DNA of 64,000 bases from NCBI GenBank assembly GCA_002633005.1, contig NMRA01000304.1, positions 337,200 through 401,199 on the forward strand, given 5' to 3'. Below the pieces are notes generated by a model. It made no database searches. It saw nothing but the letters and a program-made list of their open reading frames with translations, and was not told where the DNA came from. Numbering within the stretch: the first letter of the stretch is position 1; each line of letters begins with the position of its first letter. Source of the stretch: Phoronis australis. Lineage: Eukaryota > Animalia > Phoronida. A program made the translations under genes and the position numbers. This document shows, piece after piece, positions 52,701 to 64,000 of the stretch.

Positions 52701-53664
52701 ATTTAAGATGTCGCGTGAGGCCAAACCTTGAAGAAAAATGTTGTACTACACATACATGTACACATTTATTTGGCAGTTTTATTTTAGTCACTTATGAAGG
52801 TATTTTCATTTTATAGGTAAGGTTAATTAAATGGATTAGTCAACGAAACATTTCATTAATTTCCTTTGAAACAATATACGATGTTCAGGTCTGATTCAAG
52901 CAATGATGTTCAAGTTACGTTCATCCTCCATGAATACGAGAACATTTAAATCAATTTTGCGTAGTCGAATCAAGCCATGTAAAAATATTTCGCACGGGTA
53001 AGATTACACAGAACTTCAGTAAACAATTTTCTTTATCAGTTTTTCTTAAAACCATGCTTCTTGTCCATAGGATAAAATCCTAAGACGCACATGATCAAAT
53101 TGCCTGGAATCCCCTTCAGAAGGCATGACAGTATAAATTATGTAAATGTTCATTTCTCAATTTCTTCAATGGAAATTAAAGACCAAAAAAGTTAAACAGA
53201 CTACTTTAGTTTAGAAATGTATTAAATGTTAACTCACAGAAGCAAACACAAATAAGAAAAACTTGGTCATTTTTGTCTTTTAGGTGTTTCCTCCGGATTG
53301 CGTCTTCTAGCCTGTTAGCGATCTTGCTTTGAATGTGCACTTTCAAATCAATATCATGAGTTTTACGTACAGTGCAAGTCAGGCGGCTGTTATATAAAAT
53401 TACATATACACGTCACCTGCTTATGAATAATGGACACTTTGGGGGGTTTTCTCTATCATTATTGGTAGTTCGTTATTATTATCTCATTCCACTGTCAGAG
53501 GTTGATACTTGCGTACCCGTTTGAGGAATATATGAACTTCAAGATTTTCTTTCATTTTTCAACGAAATTTCATTTTCCCATGCAATGAAGAAAATATGTT
53601 ATTTTTCATTAAATTTGTGGTAGGAATGTATATCAAGATTATTCAAAATACTTAATTACTTTAC

Positions 53665-54480
53665 ATGACTTATGGGTATAGATTGTCTATATATGTAGTG
53701 CTCTATTCTATATTTATGGTCATGACCATGGATATAAAGTGTCTGTATGTAGCACGCTATTTTATATTTATGGTCATGACCATGGATATAGAGTGTCTAT
53801 ATATCAGGGCTTGGAATTTTCCGCGGAAACGCGGATTTCCGCTTTTTTCAAATGTGGTTTCCGCTTTTTTATAATATTTCCGCGTAAAAAAATCGGATTT
53901 GATATAAAATTTCTGCGGCAAATTCCTTTCTTACCGCGGCGTTGCAGACGACGTTCACCTCGACAAGCGGAAGAAGTTGCTCTTTATGTTTCGGAGGAAC
54001 GTAAATTGTCAACATTGCCGGGGCATCTGGGACAGCGTGGTGGGATTTTCAATGGCGTCTCGTGTTATTGTTAAGCGCGGCGACAAATACTACCACTCTG
54101 CAGCCAAAAATGTGTGGGTTGGGAGTGGACGGGCGAGCTAAAAGGACGCAGATGCATGCTACTGATGGTGGTAACGTTTTTTTTTGTCGGGGGAAAGGTT
54201 CACATTGACCATTTCAAGGCTGGTTATCGGGCATGATTTGGGCCGTAAAAGTTTCCGCGTTTTTTGTCATTGGTCATTCCAAGCCCTGATATATGTAGTG
54301 CACTATTCTATGTTATGGTCATGGCCATGGATTTAGAATGTCTATGTAGTGTGCTGTTCGATATTTGTGGTTATGACCATGAATAGGGAGCTCTATTTAT
54401 GTAGCACGCTATTTTATATTTATGGTCATGACCATGGATCTAGTGTCTATATAAAGCGTCTCTACATCTACGGTCACGAC
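53665..54480. repeat. ~54-bp minisatellite, interrupted by a TIR element
   Basis: Unit gtagtgctctattctatatttatggtcatgaccatggatata.agtgtct.tat, ~6 copies. Confidence 0.85.
53805..54288. mobile_element. hAT-like MITE, 484 bp, apparent 6-bp TSD (ATATAT)
   Basis: 13-bp perfect TIR CAGGGCTTGGAAT / ATTCCAAGCCCTG; ATATAT at 53799-53804 and 54289-54294. Confidence 0.85.
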
Positions 54481-56827
54481 AATCAGTATAACCAAAAAAA
54501 TAGAAATATAGCATGTAACTCTCCAGTTGGTGAAACGAATGCTTTATATAATGTTTTTTCTATTTTGACTTAATGTCTTACACCTTGAAGCTTGTTATGT
54601 ACCAAGGCCAATCAAAGAATGTATAACTTGTTTAATGAAATACCTTTAAGCAATCATTAGTTTTAACAGAATTATTAAAGTTTAACTCGCAATATTGTGT
54701 AGCACTCTAAGACACATGTTCATATTGACGTCATTCAGCATTTGATTCCAAAATTTAGTGCGTCAATGCCAAAGATATTTGTCAAGTTTGATATATATGT
54801 AACCCCCTCTTGTTGCAACAACTTAAACTACCCATGGTTTCTAGAAAGTTCTAATGTTTCAATTTCCGATTAGCTACTTTAAGAGACAAATCGTGATGTA
54901 AATACAAAAATTCATAAGCTGTAATAGAATGTCTGCAGGACAGGGGATTGAACTGGAACCATGTTGTACAACATTTCGGAGCAGCTGGTGGCACCAGTTG
55001 ATTATTAATAAAGATGTGTTAGCCTGACTTACTTGAATGAATCTGTGTAATATTTCTGATGCTTAAATTTTTAGTGGCCTCTCCCACCCCACACCCCTCC
55101 GCAGAGGGTGCCGCACGAGACACATCGCCCTCCATCCAAGCTACATGTACGCCCCTCAAGCTGCACACAGAAATCCGTGCCCTGACTGTTGCATACTTCT
55201 GTATGCATTATACATTGCTCCTTACTTGTTCAAAGGTTTAGTTTTGCATTTTTTTCAGTGGTATAGATTTTTATAGCTTCATTTTACAGAAAGAATTGGT
55301 TATACAATGAGACTTTGTCTTAGTCCAGTTTGGACCTTGCATATACGTATTTGTTGCTTTTCTTGCAGACCAGGTTTGTGATGAACAACATGCCACTGAA
55401 TACGTCAGAGAAGGTATGTGCACTTTTAAGAAATATAAGCAAAAATAAATTGCTTAACATTTTAAGTAACCTTGTTGGTTAATTATCAAATATATTTCTT
55501 GCATGGTGTTGACGATTAATGTTCATTTCACGTGCTCTTTAATTGTTGTTTATGAATTCCAAACTGATAGAAGCACTTTGGGATTTTATAACCATTACCA
55601 TGCTTGTCTGTGGCAGTCAGTTATTTGATTCTTGCCATCAATTTTTCTGATGTCTCATTTGTTTAAATATAAGAGGCAATTTTGGAAAATCATATTTTGG
55701 TAATTGAGATTCATTTTCTCCTAGTGAAACCTCCAGCTGCAACAGAGTGTCCAATCTTCCTTCCAAAGTTAATACATAATCACCAGTCTGCTTGACATCT
55801 GTATGCATGCATTATCTTTAAAGCTATGTTCTGCCCTATTTATTTGACTACAAACAGAAATTACAACAGATAACACATACATTTGAGATACCCAATGTGT
55901 AATTGAGTGTCGTATACTAAGTGGCACAGGTTAGTGTAGTACCAAATGGGTACACAATACCAAATGAGTATTGGCAGCTTGCCTACCAAAGTTGGTCGAG
56001 CAAAACAGCAAATTCAATAATAAGTACCAAATGGTTACAAAACTGCCAAATGGGCAAATATTTAAAGTACCAAGTGGGTATACACCAAACAGCTATAACA
56101 ACCTGGCAAAACAGGCGGACAAGCTGAGTGAGCAGACCAGCCGGAGTAATAAAAAGAGATATTGTAAAGAATGTGGTGTTGTGACTCAGTTTGTGCCCAA
56201 TAGGTTTAAAATTGTCTGATTGGGAAAAACTTCAAGTGAATGTACTGTTGCTTGAGGCTGGGCCACCGGAAGCTGGAGAGAGAGCGCTACCATCAGACTT
56301 GGTAGGAACTAACTATGAGTTCGATATGAAGCTTGAATGGCTGTAGAATATTATTTGCTCAAAAAATAGGATTTATGACAGAGTGCCACAAATCTCATTA
56401 TATGATTTGCACAGGCCCATTTCTGTCATTCTTTAACCATTTTCAGAGATATAACTTGATAAATCTTGCCTGACAGGTGGAATTGCAGTGAAGTTTTGCA
56501 GTGTTAGGTACAAGATTGAATTGTGCTGCATTTGTTGCACAACTGAGGTCATATGAACAAGAGCAGTCAATAACACAAAATAATGACTTGAAATGTTGAC
56601 CGCTGATGAGTTAGATATAACATAATCTGCACCGACCATATGATAATGAAAATGCAATGTATATTTCCATAATTGGGTGTTGGAAGTAACCCCATGCAAT
56701 TTTGTGAACCTCCTCCCTTGTGTTTCATTTTCATTTTGAACCAAATCAGAATAAACATATAAGATATAATACAGTTTTGTGTTTTGTAAAGTAGATGCCT
56801 TGATCTTACAGCATGGAAGTTTATTGG

Positions 56828-57300
56828 ATAGTTGGCAGCATGTATCCTGTTGATGTGGTCAGTTGGCTCTATGTGTCCTGGCCTGTCGTTAGTGTGTATC
56901 CTGGTCTTGTAGTCTGTTAGCTGCAAAGTGTATCCTGGTCAATTTTGTTCCCAGTTGGCAGTGTGTGTCCTTGTCATGTAGTCAGTTGGCAGCCATGTGT
57001 CCTAGTGTCATGTAGTCAGTTGGCAGCGTGTGTCCTGGTCATGTCAATTGGCAACGTGTGTCTTGGCTGGTCATGTAGTCAGTTGGCAACATGTGTCCTG
57101 GTCGTGTAGTCAGTTGGCAGCGTGTGCCTTGGTCATGCCGCAGTCATTTTGCAGCGTGTGTCCTGGTTATGTAGACAGCTGGCAGCGTGTATCCTGGTCG
57201 TGTAATCAGTTGGCAGCGTGTGTCCTGATCTGTAGTCAGTTGACAGCGTGCGTTCTAGTCATGTAGTCAGTTGGCACTCATGTCCTCTTAATGTAGTTGA
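56828..57300. repeat. 31-bp minisatellite, ~15 diverged copies
   Basis: Unit gtagtcagttggcagcgtgtgtcctggtcat (e.g. at 57075 and 57106). Confidence 0.92.
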
Positions 57301-59510
57301 TTAGGGAATGATCAAGAAATGTTTTGTCACTAATGAATTCCAGCCAGTTTTCAAACTCATTGCCTGTTACAAGTGGACCATGCATCTTGATTCATACATA
57401 TTATCATCATTTTTCCTTATGTAGTGACTTGGTACCAAATGTATGTTCGTGTAGTCAGTTAGAACCAAAAAATCAAAGGGGCTTGCCCAGTCAGTACTGA
57501 CGTGAATTTCAACTAAAATAAGTAGCTGGCGTCAATCTTAAAGCCTATCTTCAACGGTAACACCTTTGAATTTGGTTCCCACAGTATGTTAAGAGCCTCG
57601 CTCTGAGCCCACTAGTGCCATTAATTGCCAAATGTAACGAGCTGTTAGGCGTATTGGCTTGCTTTTGTCTACGTCACCGCGAGAATCACCTTTTAATTCA
57701 AACAGCTGCGAATAACACCCGCACGCAATGGTGTTCTATTCAATACAACTGTTTGCGGCCTTTCGTTGTTTGTGCTGGGATCTCGCGGTGATGCAACATG
57801 GCACGAAAACGCAGCTTCACCTATCGTTTGACGGCTTACATTTGCGTGATTGCCGACTCGCGTTTTCTTATTTTACTAACGCTTTGGTAGGACTATCTGC
57901 ATGGTTAGCCCAATACATCTAAAATAACAAAATTCCCTCTCTCTTGGAAAGTTTTACATTGCTATAGTTCAAGTTTTCAAACACAATGTTTCCATTTGGG
58001 TCCAAAACTACACGTGTAGTCACTTTGTACCCAGGTTACGCAAAAACACATACTCAGGGCTCATTCCTTGCTTTCTCAGTGTCATTAGTTTTGATCGGCT
58101 TTTCTGCATTGTCCTTGTTAAAGTCTGAATGGGTTTTATTCAGGACAAAGTTTGGCCTGATTGGAGTTCTGTTGTTACTGCCCTCTTAGCGCCAATGAGG
58201 CTGGGCCCAGTTTTTAAAATTATCCATGCAGGCCTAAATCAAAACTGAATGGATTGATTTTTTGACAGAATTTGTAGGTTTGTTATCCTTTTTTTAATTT
58301 TCACAATGAACGTATTGATAAATTTAGTAGGCTACTAGTCTGTTACGTTTACTGTTCAATTATCAAGCAATAGCAGATCTTACACCTGACATTGACTTAA
58401 ACATAAGTCAATTCTTCTGTATTGTAATTAAGTAAACATATCGTTGTACAGTCTGACTGCATAGTCAAAAAATAAATGTCATTGAAAGTGTCATGTTACA
58501 AAGAATAGAATGAATACAAATAAAAAACCAAGATGACCAAACAAAACGTTGTCAAAGAACAGTATTGTCAGGGCTTCAGGAAACAGCGCTATCATTGTAT
58601 ACACATCAAATAGCACTCCATCCCTTTCTTCTAGTAACTCTCTGGGGATAAAAGGATAACTTTTGAAGTCATGAAATCAAAACACAATTTTATCTGTTAA
58701 AATATCTAACCTTGGTGTCTTTAAACTTTAACATAAAAGCTACCGGGGTAGCTAACCACTGTAGACAAAAGGACAGAAACGGTGGCGTTGTGTTATGTTA
58801 AGGATGGTTATACTGAGGAGGCAATAAACAAACACGGTTTCTTGTGAAAACTATCAGCGTCTCAGATTTTATTTGCATGTATCTCATCTGGTAAATAATT
58901 CGATTTTTGATGCGTGAAAATAAGCACACCTTTATTAATATGGATGTTCCCACGGTAAGATTAGTTGGTAGTGGGGGACGTTCTAGAGAAGTGTACCATG
59001 GTGGTTGCACCTACATTAATGTATAACCCCGTAGTAGTGTGGGTATATAAATGTACCTGGTACAGCCGGTACCACGATATAGTAAAGATACTCGTTTGTA
59101 TATTTGTGAGCCCTAGGGTGGGTAGAGGAATACACGTATGGGTGTAGCAAGCGTGATGATCACACGTCGGAGTGGGGACACTTACCTGTACAGGTATTTG
59201 TCGGAAAGGGTGCTCTTACATAAATGCAGGTGACTGGCTCATCCAAGGGGGTACCCCTGTGTTGATATAAGGGTTATTAGTGCAAGTGTTACTAAACCAA
59301 AAATGGCTTCTGACGATTCTGGTTTCCTCAGAGTCCTCTTATAAGTTTGTCGTATGTTGTTCCGAACGCGAGAAAGCTAGTGTTTTGTTCAATAGCCCTT
59401 GCTTTAAAAAATATGTACAGCCAACGTACACAATAATAGTTTTATGTATATACCAAGACAATCAATGTTTGCATATAATAACCTTGTTTCCCGGACTTGG
59501 AGAAACCAAT

Positions 59511-59676
59511 CTCCCGTTCAGTAACGCTAGGACCTCGCTAAAAAGCAAGACTTCGCGAGATTACGTGAGATATTGCCGGGCATTTTAAATGAAAGCACGT
59601 GACTTTGGCTAGGTTTTAGCTAGGTCCTAGCGTCTACTGAACGCACGCCTGGCGTGCTAGCGTTACTGAACGGGAG
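59511..59676. mobile_element. Short MITE (166 bp)
   Basis: 20-bp perfect TIR ctcccgttcagtaacgctag / ctagcgttactgaacgggag. Confidence 0.8.
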
Positions 59677-59812
59677 GCAGTGAAAAAAGAATATTTTAGA
59701 TGAGTTTCCTCTCTAGCATGAGTGTACGGCGAGTATTCCCATTGACACTGTACTTTATTGTCAACAGGATTTTGTGTCCCATAAACGTTTCTATTTTAAA
59801 AACGACGAATAT

Positions 59813-59968
59813 CAGTAGCGGATTTAAGGCGGGGGCAAGGGGGCCATGACCCCCCTAAAATTCTGCCAGATTCCATTTGGCAGTTCGAGGGTGCCAATGT
59901 ATGACGGGCAAAATCCTGGCCAATACTCTGCCCTGGCCCCCTAACTCAAAATCGTGCATCCGCCCCTG
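59813..59968. mobile_element. hAT-like short MITE (CAGTGGCGGA...TCCGCCCCTG type)
   Basis: cagtagcggattt / catccgcccctg termini with GC-rich subterminal ggcccccc motifs; no clean TSD. Confidence 0.6.
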
Positions 59969-62900
59969 GGTATTCCTGTTCGTTACATGCGTTTGTCATT
60001 TACACTGACTTCTTCCCTGCTAATGTACGGGCGATGCACATACCCTAGCCACAATTGTGCGCAACGTTAAAAATTGCTGGCGTTGGTTTTACTTCAAAGG
60101 CTGACGAAATGGTTAAGTTCATGAAACATTCAATCTATTTCTTTACAAATATTATCCTCTGTTCGGGTATGGTAAAATCAATAATACACTATATTTTTAT
60201 GCTTTATATTATTACCAATTTTGCAACAATTAGTCTTTGAACGGGACTGTTAACTGTTGTTTCTCACTAGTCACAAAAATCAATGTTCCTAACAGAACAA
60301 GATCAAAAATGCACTGCCTTACCAATTCGCCGCGTAGAAATGTTTCGCACGAGGACAATGCGCGTGCGTGCATCCAATGTTAGATGTGCCCCTATACAGC
60401 GGACACTCACTGTGACTGTTACCGAAACCTAGGCCAATGCGCCTATTTGGAAACACTTGACTCGACAGTTTTTCTTTAAAATACGCATTTCTGGTGCACA
60501 CTAACGCATGGGCACAAAAACGTGCGTATAGGCATACGGTACCTATTCATTTTACGGGCGTCACGTGAAAAATGACCGCAAAATGGAATAATTATGTTTA
60601 GAAAGCCCTCAACTATTGCGAAGGCAAATTTATAATAAACGAATGAAAAGTCCTCATGAAGCCATTTTTCGAAGTTTTCAAATTTGGAAACTTACTAGAA
60701 AGGCATTCATTGTCCAATTTGTTCTGTCCCTGCCTAATTGTTTCCTTCTTTGCCCAATTAAGTCGACAATTATGGGACACCTTCCAGAGGTGCGCCTCTG
60801 TCGACAGATACACTTACGGATCTTGCGCGGTAATTCCTTATCTCTGTGATTGCTTGGCCAAAGTAGTTAGAAACACAACATATAGCGAGTATGTGATTAT
60901 GAAGTAGGTTGAAAATTGCCGAGTGGTTTTAAGAACGAGTTTGTGTAGGAAATGATCCCCCGTAAATCACTCAACCGTGTCCAGTAAGTATCGTGACGTT
61001 GTGTTGGGGAATAACACTGCATGATGCGGGTCATGTAAGTCCCCAAGGTACGTCATTAGTGCAAAGGTCACCCATTTGCAGAATTTTTTGTTTTCACATG
61101 GACAAGTTGTCAGTGAATACAACTGCACTTTGTTTAGCGTAGATGATGTTCAAATAGCATTGTCGTTTAGTTCCTGCTGTACATTAGCATAGTTAGGAGC
61201 GTGCAAATACATCTTTAGGCAAAAACTTCAGCACTGAGTATAAAGTACAGTGATCACTGAAAAAATAGAATTTTGTCAACTTTCCTAAACGTGCTTCCTG
61301 GTAAAAATTCACTAGATAAAAAGCGACAGCAGGGTGGATTTTTGGTTAAAAATTTTGCAATTAGGTTTTTCAAGCCGACGCTTCTGGCGCTGCGGAAAGT
61401 CCTCGGATCACCAGAGACTGGAAATGCATATGGTAACCGTTTGCGCTTTTCTCTGTAATCTGAACGATTTACTTTGGACCCATGAATCGTAAATATACTT
61501 AGCTTTACATCAGTGCGGCTATCGGAAAATCGCTGTGACCTCAGTATAATGGCAGGTGTGCCACAATACTATTTGAATTTTTATTCAACTTCTTTGTTAA
61601 ATAACGCTAAGCGGGGGTGTAATTTAAAGACATGTAGAAGTAAAATATTGGATTTAGTTACACAAGCGTATTGACATTGTTTATGACTGCGTGAAATTGC
61701 TATTTTGGTTCCGAAAAGTCAACACGCGTATATCGAGAAAAAGTGCATTCATGTGGGATTATCGAGTTTTCACACATTTACATGGAAAACCATTGTTTGA
61801 GAAATAAGGCCGATCGATTTTTAAAGAGTTTTGCCTGAAGATTTGTTCCAGCTCAGGATGTGATGTGGTACAATTTAAGTATCACAAGAGAGACAAGTGG
61901 AATGAAGTTAAGCTTAGTAAGCCGAAGACAATGTTTCCCTGTGCGGTTCATCAGCTTAAGTCCCGATGACACGAACAATTCTCTTTCGCCGGAAGGTGGG
62001 GCTTTGTCAGTAATTCTCCTGTGTTTGTTTTACGTAGACAAGTAATCCTGATTAATCATGATTATAACACCCATTTTAGGAATATATTAAGACTATTCAA
62101 TTAATATCCGTTTTAGTAATATCCCTGGATGGATTCATCATCAGTTTTAAATAAAAACTCCGAAACAGTAGAAACCTTATCAATACATTTGAATTCTTTC
62201 AGTCAAAACTGAAGCCACGTTGCGTTTTTAGGGAATTCGATTTACTTATACAAATCACATCGTGGTCGTTTGACAAAAGCACAAAGTAAATTAACAGGAT
62301 AAGTACACAGCATTATTTAGTTTTCAGCGTATTACGTGTAAAAACATTTCCTCGGTGATCACTCGATATTATTCCGGGGGATAATAGGACAAAAGGTGTA
62401 TTCAGGGATGTGTCGTTCAGCCGGGTATATTTTTTAGGCCAGATTTCCTACGAAATGCTGCCTTTCCTACTTCATTCACAACAGGAGAAGTCAGTTTGGG
62501 AGTGAAATAAAAAAGAATACTGCATCTGGAACAAACCTATGAAATAAGGACTTTATGCAAGGATTTAGGAAACTCCTTGCAAATGGACGTTTTTTACTTG
62601 GTCACTCTCTGCTCTGAAGCATTGATTATCCTATCTCTCCGGATGCATACCTACGTTAAAAATAATCTAGTATTCCTAGAGTGTTCTCTTCCGAAGTATC
62701 TTTGGGCAGTTGAAGCGGAAGATTCATGTTGTATGTATCACGTGTTTGTATCACATGTTAAGAGAACCATGTGACAAATTAACGCGTTCTGAAAAAGCGG
62801 GACTGTCGAAAGTAAGCCCTCGCTTTATCCAAGTTACAAAGTTTGGACATTGCAAATGCGAAATCAAAGAAACTGGTAGACGTTATTACGTTTCTTGTGT

Positions 62901-64000
62901 GAATCGAATGTGTCATCAGAATTTTAGGCGATTTGATTTTTTTCAAAAATTTTTAAAGTGAACGCAGTCACAAAGAAATTCATTGTAAGAGACGACATTT
63001 CGCTTAATTAACTGAAATTCTTCATCAAGTGAGTTCATACAATTAAGCGAAATGTTTTATAATAAATGTCTTTGTGATTGACGTTGTTTTAAAATGTATA
63101 AGTTTTTGATTTTTGTGTCCAACTGATATTAAGCACGGTGGATCTAAAATGAATCTTCATTTTGAGGCGATGAATTAATGAGGTTAGTCTTTGAGTGCGT
63201 ATTTGGCACATAATCCATTTTTAATGCTTTCTATTCGATTTTTTCTTTTTGGATAGTCAAACCTCGTCCATAATAGATGGCTGAACTATCACCATTTTTT
63301 CGTACTTTCGTAAAATCACTTTATGCAACAAGGCTTTACAATGAACTGGCTTTTTTAAAATCGTTCATTGCAGTACATGGTGATTTTCCCGAAACAGGTC
63401 CAAAACCTTTGTTAGTATTTGTTTTCTAACTGTGTCAGGAACTTCAGTTTTGCAGAATGTCAGTTTTAAGTATGTTAGCTCGTGCTGGTGTTGAACTGTT
63501 TTTAATGCTAGCGTCTTCGGCGGCGTCTCAGCGGCTTTCTCGACGCTCGTTGCATTTAATCAACGGGGAGGCGTGAAATAATGTATGCAGTCTGGCCTAC
63601 CGCGTTGAATTGTAGACCATAGTCGAACTAAGACAGTCTTATATGAATTCAAGCACTTTTACTGTAGGTGCTGGAAATATAGTCTATAATCTTCAAAATA
63701 CAATTCGATGCGTCTTTCCTAATCGAAAAGCACATCCGCTGAGCGCGATATTGACACACTGTCTGAAAAACGCTGACAGCGTTCAACAATCTACCTACAG
63801 TATATATTAAAAGTGGAACATCCATGTATGTTTGAGGACTTTGCAAAACCGAAATCGTTGCACACGTGAAGGAACACACAGATGAAAAACGCATTTTGGA
63901 CTATTTTCGAATGAGTTGACTTTCTGAAGTTATTAGACTTAACCAGAGCTTTAGAACAACAAAACCCGCTGTTTTTTTTTTCGATTTTATTACAAATCGC

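Noticed and set aside
56828-57300. CRISPR-like periodicity and a Cys-rich ORF (57030-57266)
   Set aside because: Head-to-tail 31-bp units without unique spacers, eukaryotic context and no cas genes; a plain minisatellite.

Overview
This is eukaryotic DNA: an AT-rich, repeat-rich draft assembly with N gaps and GT-AG introns, most likely from a marine invertebrate (inference). It has two parts. (1) 1-25.6 kb is an almost continuous patchwork of short, dead transposon fragments: a YqaJ-exonuclease/PHD ORF, a TatD-bearing mini LTR element in tandem, an EnSpm/CACTA transposase, a Gypsy integrase with a PHD finger, a Sola3-like transposase, a Kolobok-like tail, LINE ORF1 and a second Gypsy 3' end. 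These are interleaved with a ~1.05-kb tandem satellite that is itself built from transposon-like coding pieces. Nearly every orientable fragment lies on the minus strand, as in a unistrand piRNA cluster. (2) 33.7-44.8 kb holds an intact, phase-consistent 8-exon plus-strand gene for a ~496-aa CUB-CUB-LDLa-TM protein ending in a PDZ-type motif (NETO/SOL-2/LEV-10-like architecture). The rest is intergenic or intronic DNA with MITEs, LINE/SINE relics and minisatellites, plus a probable haplotype-duplication artefact at 27.4-29.7 kb. All family calls come from manual translation and motif recognition; no database search was run.
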